Origin: Planctomycetota bacterium
Lineage (GTDB): Bacteria; Planctomycetota; UBA1135; UBA2386
DNA: 30,359 nt
NCBI GenBank assembly: GCA_016795295.1
Contig: JAEUHP010000202.1
Location: forward strand, 1-30,359
Direction: 5' to 3'
The first letter of the stretch is position 1; every line of letters begins with the position of its first letter. A model generated the notes under the pieces. That model made no database searches. It was given only the letters and a program-made list of their open reading frames with translations, and had not been told where the DNA came from. Positions 23,362 through 30,359 of the stretch are shown piece by piece. The position numbers and the translations under genes were made by a program.

Positions 23362-25227
23362 TCAGTCGGGCACCGGGCCGTCCGGCGCTTCCGGCCCCGT
23401 GCCTTCGTGCAACGCCGCGAACAGAGCCGCCGCCACTCCCACCGGCACGCCCGGGGCCTGCTGCAGCTGCTCGAGACTCGCCGCCCGCAGGGCCGACAGC
23501 GACCCGAAGTGCCGGAGCAGCGCCCGCCGCCGGGCCGGCCCGACCCCTGGCACGGCGTCGATCTCGCTGCCGAGGCGGCCGCGCACCTGCCGATGGTAGC
23601 CGATCGCGAACCGATGCGCTTCGTCGCGCAGCGCCGCCAACAGCAGCGTCTCCGGGGCGCCGTCGGCGAGCGGCACCGGCTCGTCCCGGTCCGGCAACAC
23701 CAAGCGTTCGCCGGTGGGCCCGCGCTGCGCACCGAGGCCGCGCAGCCGACTCTTGGCGAGCCCCACCACCGGCAGTGGCTCGGGCAGCCCCAGTTCGGCC
23801 AGCGCCCGGCGCGCCGCGTCGAGCTGGCCACGCCCGCCGTCGACCACCAGCAGATCCGGCAGATCCTCGTCGTCGCGCTCGAGGCACAAGCCGAGGCTGC
23901 GCCGCACTGCTTCTTGCATCGCGGCGAAGTCGTCGCCGGCATGTTCGCGCGTGATCTTGAACCGGCGGTACTGCGCCTTGTGCGGCGCACCGTCGACGAA
24001 ACAGACCCGCGAGGCCACCGTGCTGGTGCCCTGGATGGTCGACACGTCGAGGCAGTGCAGACGTTCGGGCGGCTCGGGCAGACCAACCAGGGCCCCAAGC
24101 CGCGCCGCGCCCGCCGCGCGCCGGCTGGCCGCATCGGTGGCCAGCGCATCGGCCAAGGCGGCGTTCTGCTGGGCCAGTTCGAGGTGGCGCCGTCGCGTGC
24201 CACGCTGCGGCACCTGCAACTCGACCCGCCCGCCGCGCTTGCCGCCGAGCCATCCCGCCAGCAACTCGGCGTCGTCGGGCAGCACCGGCAGCAGCACCAC
24301 CGGCGGCACGTGGCGATCGCCCGCATAACAGTGCGCCAGCAACTCGCCGACCAACAGCGCATCGGGCAACTCGCTGCGGAACGCGTAGCGCCGGCAGCCG
24401 TCCAGCGCCCCGCCGCGGAACGACAGGAACGCCGCCGCCACCGCATCGCCGCTGCGAAACAACCCGACCGCGTCGGCATCGCCAGCACCTGCCACCACCG
24501 TCTGCGGCTCGGCAATGCTCTGCAGGGCCAGCATCTGCTCCTTGAGCACCTGCGCCCGTTCGAACTGCAGCGTCTCGGCCGCCTGCTGCATGCGCGTGCG
24601 CAGTTCACCGAGCAGCGGGCCGACCTCGCCACGCAGGATGCGCACCGCGTGGTCGAGCAAGCCGTCGTAGGCTTCGCGCGTGACCAGGCCGACACACGGC
24701 GCCGGACAGCGCCCGAGTTGATGTTTGAGGCACGGCCGCTGGCGCTGCTGGAAGGCGTGGTCGCCACAATCGCGCAGTGGCACCACCTTGTGCACGAGGC
24801 GCAGCGTGCGGCGCACCGCCTTGGCCGAGGCGAACGGCCCGAAGTACTGCGCGCCGTCGTCGAACCGCCGCCGCACCAGCCGGAACCACGGCCACGCTTC
24901 CCGCCGATCCAGGCGCAGCAACAGGAACGACTTGTCGTCCTTGAGCTTCAGGTTGTAGCGCGGCTGCTGCTTCTTGATCACCGTGTTCTCGAGCAGCAGC
25001 GCCTCCTGTTCGGTCGCCGTGGCGATGCACTCGAGACCGCGCGCTTCCCTGGCGAGGAACCGGAGTTGGTAGCGACCGTCGCCACCCGGCTTCAGGTAGC
25101 TGCGCACGCGGGCCCGCAGGTCCGCGGCCTTGCCGACGTAGAGCACCTGGCCCGCTGCGTCGGTGAACAGATAGACCCCGGGCCCGTTCGGCAGGCGGCT
25201 GGCCTGTTCGGCGATGCGCGGGTCCAT
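23362..25227 (-). CDS. uvrC: Excinuclease ABC subunit C (UvrC), 621 aa.
   Basis: N-terminal GIY-YIG motif (PNGPGVYLFTDAAGQVLYVGKAADLRARV...YQ), a UvrBC region, and a C-terminal RNase H-like/HhH region (AVPGVGPARRRALLRHFGSLSALRAASLEQL). Start at MDPRIAEQ (ATG at 25227). Confidence 0.9.
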   Translation of the reverse strand: MDPRIAEQASRLPNGPGVYLFTDAAGQVLYVGKAADLRARVRSYLKPGGDGRYQLRFLAREARGLECIATATEQEALLLENTVIKKQQPRYNLKLKDDKSFLLLRLDRREAWPWFRLVRRRFDDGAQYFGPFASAKAVRRTLRLVHKVVPLRDCGDHAFQQRQRPCLKHQLGRCPAPCVGLVTREAYDGLLDHAVRILRGEVGPLLGELRTRMQQAAETLQFERAQVLKEQMLALQSIAEPQTVVAGAGDADAVGLFRSGDAVAAAFLSFRGGALDGCRRYAFRSELPDALLVGELLAHCYAGDRHVPPVVLLPVLPDDAELLAGWLGGKRGGRVELQVPQRGTRRRHLELAQQNAALADALATDAASRRAAGAARLGALVGLPEPPERLHCLDVSTIQGTSTVASRVCFVDGAPHKAQYRRFKITREHAGDDFAAMQEAVRRSLGLCLERDDEDLPDLLVVDGGRGQLDAARRALAELGLPEPLPVVGLAKSRLRGLGAQRGPTGERLVLPDRDEPVPLADGAPETLLLAALRDEAHRFAIGYHRQVRGRLGSEIDAVPGVGPARRRALLRHFGSLSALRAASLEQLQQAPGVPVGVAAALFAALHEGTGPEAPDGPVPD

Positions 25228-25327
25228 GCCCACAGAATGCGCCGCGGCCACGGCGGCGCAAGGTCGAATCGGCGGCGGCAGCGGGCGCACCGGCGCCACC
25301 ACCCGCTGTGGTATTCTGCCCGCCCCG

Positions 25328-26278
25328 ATGAGCGCCCCCTACGACCCTGTCCCCGAAGCGTTCCGCGTGCCCTTCACCTGGCTCGACGGTGCCTGCGTGC
25401 CGAGCGAGCAGGCGCTGGTGCCGGTGATGGCGATGACGCTGCACTACGGCCTCGGCGTGTTCGAAGGCATCCGCGCCTACGACGGCGCGGCCGGCCCCGC
25501 GGTGTTCCGCCTGCGCGAACACCTCGACCGGCTGTTCCGCTCCGCGGCCATGCTGCGGGTGGCGATCCCCTTCCACCGCGAAGCGCTCGAACGCGCCTGC
25601 ACCGAAGTGCTGGCCGCGAACGGCCTGCGCGCCGGTTACCTGCGGCCCCTGGTGTTCGTCGACGACGGCAAGCGCGGCATCGGCGCCTTGCACAACCGCG
25701 TGCGCGTGGCGATCGCCACCTGGCCATGGGGCCGCTACCTCGGCGACGAAGGCGTCCAGCGCGGCATCCGCGCCCAGGTGTCGGCGACCGTGCGCATGAG
25801 CGCGCGCTCGTTCCTGCCCAAAGGCAAGATCTCCGGCCAGTACGTGAACTCGGTGTTGGCCAAGCGCGCGGCCCTGGCCGCCGGTTACGACGAAGCGATC
25901 CTGCTCGACGAAGACGGCAACGTCGCCGAAGCCACCGGCGAGAACCTGTTCCTGGTGCAAGGTGGCGCGCTGGTGACCCCACCGCTGTCGCAGCCGATCC
26001 TGGAAGGCATCACGCGCGACAGCGTGATCGCCCTGGCGCGCGATCTCGGCCTCACGGTGCACGAACGCAGCTTCGCCCGCGACACGCTGCTGGTCGCCGA
26101 CGAAGTGTTCCTGTGCGGCACCGCGGCCGAGATCACACCGGTGCGCGAGATCGACGGCATGGCGATCGGCAGCGGCGGGCGCGGTCCGGTCACCGCGCGC
26201 ATCCAGGCCACCTTCGAGCACGCGGTGCACGGCCGCCTCGAGGGTCGCAAGGCCTGGCTGCATCCGTACACGTTGTGA
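25328..26278 (+). CDS. ilvE: Branched-chain amino acid aminotransferase (class IV PLP enzyme), 316 aa.
   Basis: Class IV aminotransferase pattern (HYGLGVFEGIRAY, ...EATGENLFLV..., LTPPLSQPILEGITRDSVI). Typical length. Start at MSAPYDPV. Confidence 0.85.
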   Translation: MSAPYDPVPEAFRVPFTWLDGACVPSEQALVPVMAMTLHYGLGVFEGIRAYDGAAGPAVFRLREHLDRLFRSAAMLRVAIPFHREALERACTEVLAANGLRAGYLRPLVFVDDGKRGIGALHNRVRVAIATWPWGRYLGDEGVQRGIRAQVSATVRMSARSFLPKGKISGQYVNSVLAKRAALAAGYDEAILLDEDGNVAEATGENLFLVQGGALVTPPLSQPILEGITRDSVIALARDLGLTVHERSFARDTLLVADEVFLCGTAAEITPVREIDGMAIGSGGRGPVTARIQATFEHAVHGRLEGRKAWLHPYTL

Positions 26279-26338
26279 AGCGCGCCGCCAGCGCCTAAGA
26301 GCCAGCATGCACGTTCGCTTCTCGTCCCGGAGCCGTCG

Positions 26339-27043
26339 ATGATCCGCGTCCGCCCCGCCGCCGCCCGCGGCCACTTCGACCACGGCTGGTTGCGCTCCGC
26401 GCACACCTTCTCGTTCGCCGACTACCACGACCCGGCGCACACGCACTTCCGCGCCCTGCGCGTGATCAACGAAGACGTGGTGGCGCCGGGCACCGGCTTC
26501 GGCATGCACCCGCACCGCGACATGGAGATCTTCACCTGGCTGCTGTCGGGGTCGCTGCGCCACACCGACAGCATGGGCCACACCGAAGTGCTTCGCCCCG
26601 GCGAGGTGCAGGTGATGTCGGCGGGCACCGGCGTGCTGCACAGCGAAGAGAATCCGAGCCGCACCGAGCCGGTGCATCTGCTGCAGATCTGGCTGTTCCC
26701 CGAGCGCAAGGGCCTGCCGCCGCGCTACCAGCAGCGCGCCGTGGACCGGGCGGCGCTGCGCGGCGCCCTGGTGCCGTTGGCCGCCCCACCAGGCCAGCCG
26801 GCCACCGTCGCGATCCACCAGGACGCGCGCATCCTGGCCACCGAACTGGCCCGCGACCAGCGCGTGGTCCTGCCGCTCGCGGCGGGACGGGGCGCCTGGG
26901 TGCAGGTGGCACGCGGCACCCTGGTGTGCAACGGCACCGAACTGCGCGCCGGCGACGGCGCGGCACTCGAACACGAGCCCCAGGTCGAACTGGTCGGCGC
27001 TGGCACCGAGCCGGCCGAGGCGATCGTGTTCGATCTGGCGTGA
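26339..27043 (+). CDS. Pirin-family bicupin protein (YhhW/quercetin-dioxygenase-like), 234 aa.
   Basis: Pirin N-terminal cupin metal-binding motif GFGMHPHRDMEIFTWLLSG...H. RBS GGAG 6 nt upstream. Confidence 0.85.
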   Translation: MIRVRPAAARGHFDHGWLRSAHTFSFADYHDPAHTHFRALRVINEDVVAPGTGFGMHPHRDMEIFTWLLSGSLRHTDSMGHTEVLRPGEVQVMSAGTGVLHSEENPSRTEPVHLLQIWLFPERKGLPPRYQQRAVDRAALRGALVPLAAPPGQPATVAIHQDARILATELARDQRVVLPLAAGRGAWVQVARGTLVCNGTELRAGDGAALEHEPQVELVGAGTEPAEAIVFDLA

Positions 27044-27077
27044 GCGGCGCCGGACCACCACCGCCGGCGAGCTCACT

Positions 27078-28328
27078 TCACTCGTAGCGGAGCGCTTCGA
27101 TCGGATCGAGGCGCGCGGCCTGCCAAGCCGGCCAGAGCCCGAAGAACAGCCCGACGCTGGCCGAGCCGCCGAACGCGAACACCCGGGCCCACATCGGCGT
27201 GGCCACCGGCAGGCCCGGCACCGCCAGGGACGCGAGCTGCAGCAGGCCTTCCCCGACCAACAGGCCGAGCAGCCCGCCGAGCGCACACAAGACCATGGCC
27301 TCGAGCAGGAACTGGCCGAGGATCACGCCGGGCCTAGCACCGAGCGCCTTGCGCAGACCGATCTCGCGGGTCCGTTCGCGCACCGACACCAGCATGATGT
27401 TCATCACCCCGACCCCGCCGACCAGGAAGCCGATGGTCGACAGCAAGAACATCACCGCCATGGTGGCGAACACGATCGCGTCGAACGAAGCGATGATCGA
27501 ATCGGCAGTCCCGAGTTCGAAGTTGTCGGGCTCGTCCCAACGCACCTTGCGCCGCCGCCGCAGCAGCTCGGAGATCTCCTCCTTGGCCTCGGCGACCATG
27601 CCCACCCGTGCGCGCACGGCGATGAAGTGGTCGTCGCGGGCCGGATACCAATTGTGGATCGTCTGGTAGGGCGCGAGGAACAGGCCGTCTTCTTCGTTCT
27701 CCCGGCCAAACGGCCCTTCCCGCCGCTTCTGCAGGGTGCCGATCACGGTCAGTTGGTGGCCATCGACACGCACCGTGCTGCCCACCGCTCCGCCCCGCGG
27801 GAACAGCGCGCTGGCTGCCGAGGCACCGAGCACCACCACCGGGGCGGCGTGCCGGTTCTCCTGCTCGGTGAAGAACCGGCCGTCCTCGACGATCCGGTTG
27901 GCGACTTCGGCATCGCTGGGGAACACCCCGCGCAGCCGCGGCCCGTCCAGCACCTCCGCACCGTGGCTGGCGCGCGACAGCGACGTGCCGGCCGAGATGC
28001 CGGGCGACACACCTTCGACCGAAGGGCAGAAGTCGGCAATCGCCCAGGCATCGGCGAGCCGCAACGGTTTGCGCAGGCGCACTTCGCGGGTCGGCGGCCC
28101 GAGGTTCACGAACGGCAGGCGCGAGACGTAGATGTTGCTGGTGCCGAACTGCTCGACCTGGTCGACGACCGTCTGACGGAAACCGTTCAACACCGCGGCC
28201 ACCGCCACCACGATCAGCACGCCGATGAAGATGCCGAGCACGGTCAGGAACGAGCGAAAGCGGTTCGCCAGCAGCGTGTCGAACGCGAGCCGCACGTTCT
28301 CGACCGAGGTGACCAGGATGGCGCGCAT
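27078..28328 (-). CDS. ABC transporter permease, MacB/FtsX family (paralog 2), 416 aa.
   Basis: N-terminal TM (FRSFLTVLGIFIGVLIVVAV), a large periplasmic loop, and a C-terminal FtsX domain ([23 protein letters not shown]). Ends ...DPIEALRYE like paralog 1. Start at MRAILV (ATG at 28328). Confidence 0.85.
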   Translation of the reverse strand: MRAILVTSVENVRLAFDTLLANRFRSFLTVLGIFIGVLIVVAVAAVLNGFRQTVVDQVEQFGTSNIYVSRLPFVNLGPPTREVRLRKPLRLADAWAIADFCPSVEGVSPGISAGTSLSRASHGAEVLDGPRLRGVFPSDAEVANRIVEDGRFFTEQENRHAAPVVVLGASAASALFPRGGAVGSTVRVDGHQLTVIGTLQKRREGPFGRENEEDGLFLAPYQTIHNWYPARDDHFIAVRARVGMVAEAKEEISELLRRRRKVRWDEPDNFELGTADSIIASFDAIVFATMAVMFLLSTIGFLVGGVGVMNIMLVSVRERTREIGLRKALGARPGVILGQFLLEAMVLCALGGLLGLLVGEGLLQLASLAVPGLPVATPMWARVFAFGGSASVGLFFGLWPAWQAARLDPIEALRYE

Positions 28329-28339
28329 GGGGACGGGGT

Positions 28340-29560
28340 TCACTCCGAGCGCAGGGCTTCGATCGGATCGAGCCGAGCCGCGGCCCGCGCCGGATGGATG
28401 CCGAAGAACACCCCGATCAGGGTGCACACGACGAACGCCACCGGTGGAGCCCACTCGGGAAACGCCGCCGGCAACGGCGTGTACGCGGCGATGGCTGCCG
28501 ACACGCCATACGCGATGGCGATGCCGATCGCGCCGCCGAAGCACGACAGCAACACCGCCTCGATCAGGAACTGCTGCACGATGTCGCTCTGGCGTGCGCC
28601 AACGGCCTTGCGCACGCCGATCTCCCGGGTGCGCTCCACCACCGACACCAGCATGATGTTCATGATCACGATGCCACCGACCACCAGCGAGATGCCGACC
28701 ACGAACAGCGCCACGGCGAAGATCGTCTGCGTCAGCTTTCGCCACAGGTCGTTGATGCCCTCGGCGGTGACCAGGGTGAAGTCGTCGGGGTCCGCCGGCC
28801 GCAGGTGATGCCGGGCGCGCAACACCGCGCTCACCTCGTCCATCGCTTCGGCCATGCTGGCGTCGTCGACAGCTTTGACGCTGATGTTGACCGAGCGCTG
28901 GCTGCCGAACAGCTGCCGATGCAGGCGGAACGGGATCTTGACGTAGTTGTCCTGCGAGAAACCCAGGAACGAACCCTTCTTCTGCGCCGTGCCGACCACC
29001 TCCAGATCGTGCCCGGCGATGCGCAGCGTCTTGCCGACCGGATCGGTGTTCGGGAACAGCCGCTCGACCACGTCGGCGCCCAAGAACGCCACGGCCGCAG
29101 CCCGGTCGTCGTCGCCGTGGGTCAGCAGCCGGCCTTGTTCGACCTCGTACGGCTCGATCTCGAGGATGCCGCCGGTGACCCCGCCGATGTCGGTGTCGCG
29201 GATCTCCAAGGTGCCGCGCCGCAGGTCCACCTGGGCGTGCGTCTCCCACGCCACCGTCTCGGCCAGCGGACACCGCTCGGCGATGGCCCGGCCGTCCGCC
29301 GGCAGCAGCTTCTTGTTGCGGCGGATGGCTTCCAGGAACTGCTCGCGGTTGGTGATCAGCCCCACCCGCTGCACGGTGAACACACCCTTGCCGAGGTTCG
29401 ACAGCTTCTCGGCCACGTAGCGGTTCAGGCCCTGGATCACCGCGGCAGTGGCGACGATCGCGGCGATGCCCAAGATCACGCCCAGCAGGGTCAGGAACGA
29501 CCGCAGGCGGTTCGCCCAAATCGACTCCAGGGCCAGCTTGGCGGCTTCGACGGTGTTCAC
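28340..29560 (-). CDS. ABC transporter permease, MacB/FtsX family (paralog 1), 406 aa.
   Basis: Same architecture ([23 protein letters not shown]; ...DPIEALRSE). GTG start at 29560 overlaps the ATPase stop as GTGA. Confidence 0.85.
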   Translation of the reverse strand: MNTVEAAKLALESIWANRLRSFLTLLGVILGIAAIVATAAVIQGLNRYVAEKLSNLGKGVFTVQRVGLITNREQFLEAIRRNKKLLPADGRAIAERCPLAETVAWETHAQVDLRRGTLEIRDTDIGGVTGGILEIEPYEVEQGRLLTHGDDDRAAAVAFLGADVVERLFPNTDPVGKTLRIAGHDLEVVGTAQKKGSFLGFSQDNYVKIPFRLHRQLFGSQRSVNISVKAVDDASMAEAMDEVSAVLRARHHLRPADPDDFTLVTAEGINDLWRKLTQTIFAVALFVVGISLVVGGIVIMNIMLVSVVERTREIGVRKAVGARQSDIVQQFLIEAVLLSCFGGAIGIAIAYGVSAAIAAYTPLPAAFPEWAPPVAFVVCTLIGVFFGIHPARAAARLDPIEALRSE

Positions 29561-30273
29561 GGTCGGCGCGGCGGACGCGGTTCGTCGCTGGCGATGCGAC
29601 CGTCGCGGATGGTGACGATGCGATGCGCGTGTTCGGCGATGTCGCGTTCGTGGGTGACCACCACGATGGTGTTGCCGGCCCGGTGCAGGCGGTCGAACAA
29701 CGCCATGATCTCGGTCGAAGTGCGGCTGTCGAGGTTGCCGGTCGGCTCGTCGGCCAGCAGCAACGCCGGGCGGGTCACCAGGGCGCGGGCGATGCTCACC
29801 CGCTGGCGCTGGCCACCCGACAACTGGTTGGGCCGATGGTCCATGCGGTCCTGCAATTCGACCTGCGCCAGCGCCTCGGCGGCGCGCGCGCGGCGTTCCG
29901 CCGGTGGCACCCCGCCGTAGATCAGGGGCAACTCGACGTTGCGCAGCGCCGTGGCGCGCGCCAGCAGGTTGAAGGTCTGGAAGACGAAGCCGATCTCCTT
30001 GTTGCGGATGCGCGCCAGTTCGTGCTCGGCCAATTGCGCGACGGGCTGGCCGTTCAGCCAGTACTGGCCAGCCGTCGGCGTGTCGAGGCAGCCGATCAGG
30101 TTCATCAGCGTCGACTTGCCGGAGCCGGACGGCCCCATGATCGCCACGTACTCGTTGCGCCGGATGCGCAGGTCGACACCGCGCAGCGCCTGCACCACGT
30201 TCTGCCCCATGGCGAACGAACGCTGCAGGCCCTCGGTGCGGATCACGTCCGCCGCCGGGTGCAGTTCGGCCAT
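29557..30273 (-). CDS. ABC transporter ATP-binding protein (MacB/LolD-like), 238 aa from ATG at 30273, or 249 aa from GTG at 30306.
   Basis: Walker [11 protein letters not shown]-loop, ABC signature [15 protein letters not shown], Walker [14 protein letters not shown]-loop VVVTHE. Confidence 0.9.
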   Translation of the reverse strand: MAELHPAADVIRTEGLQRSFAMGQNVVQALRGVDLRIRRNEYVAIMGPSGSGKSTLMNLIGCLDTPTAGQYWLNGQPVAQLAEHELARIRNKEIGFVFQTFNLLARATALRNVELPLIYGGVPPAERRARAAEALAQVELQDRMDHRPNQLSGGQRQRVSIARALVTRPALLLADEPTGNLDSRTSTEIMALFDRLHRAGNTIVVVTHERDIAEHAHRIVTIRDGRIASDEPRPPRRP

Positions 30274-30302
30274 GGGTGCCACCACCGTGTCGCCAGCGAG
30301 GT

Positions 30303-30359
30303 TCACTTGCGCTTGCGCCGCAGCCGCAGCGCGTCGTCGGTCTGGCGCTTCTCGTCCAG
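30303..30359 (-). CDS. Partial CDS at the 3' edge, C-terminal 18 aa of the gene upstream of the ABC ATPase. It may be a MacA/HlyD-type adaptor, but this is not identifiable.
   Basis: Minus-strand open frame ...[18 protein letters not shown] ending in TGA at 30303-30305. It overlaps the alternative GTG start of the ATPase. Confidence 0.3.
   Translation of the reverse strand: MDEKRQTDDALRLRRKRK

Noticed and set aside
27044-27077. Bidirectional terminator between the convergent pirin and permease genes (CGCCGG...CCGGCG hairpin).
   Set aside because: There is only a 6-bp stem, a roughly 10-nt loop and no U-tract on either strand. This is too weak to call.
27078-29519. 813-aa minus-strand ORF spanning both permease genes.
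   Set aside because: It is the real permease-2 frame (27078-28328) running on upstream, out of frame, through permease 1. The upstream 400 aa are low-complexity nonsense, while 28340-29560 in another frame encodes a complete FtsX permease.

Overview
This is a high-GC (roughly 70%) bacterial chromosomal segment, tightly packed with about 25 protein-coding genes and two tandem tRNA-Gln genes. Many adjacent genes overlap by 4 nt at stop/start (ATGA or GTGA), which points to translationally coupled operons. No transposase, integrase or CRISPR array is seen. Units on the minus strand, left to right: (1) an ECF sigma factor (3315-3926) whose stop overlaps the start of a 973-aa membrane Ser/Thr kinase with a long C-terminal TPR-like domain (401-3322), with a possible further sigma-like N-terminus at the window edge (1-198); (2) a 1021-aa secreted multidomain protein (TPR, DUF1570-like HExxH, DUF1080-like, Cys-depleted TlpA-like); (3) a tRNA-Gln(CUG) / 5x31-bp hairpin repeat array / tRNA-Gln(UUG) locus with a strong intrinsic terminator; (4) a three-hydrolase cluster of a patatin-like phospholipase fused to a 4Fe-4S ferredoxin domain, a PepE-like S51 peptidase with an N-terminal extension, and an Fes/IroE-like esterase; (5) a lipoprotein and a Lys-free secreted hypothetical protein downstream of uvrC; (6) an ABC exporter with one ATPase and two FtsX permeases. 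On the plus strand: a divergently transcribed dGTPase-like HD protein; a PaaK-like acyl-CoA ligase, thiolase and FadB-like operon preceded by perfect palindromes; a CNNM/CorC transporter, NfeD-like protein, flotillin and CBS/ACT protein cluster; ilvE; and a pirin gene. Most long ORFs antisense to these genes are high-GC artefacts. The most unusual items are the sigma/kinase pair with no anti-sigma, the patatin-ferredoxin fusion and its hydrolase operon, the hairpin repeat array between the tRNAs, the Cys-depleted multidomain secreted protein and the Lys-free secreted protein. All family assignments come from motif recognition by eye and need HMM/BLAST confirmation.
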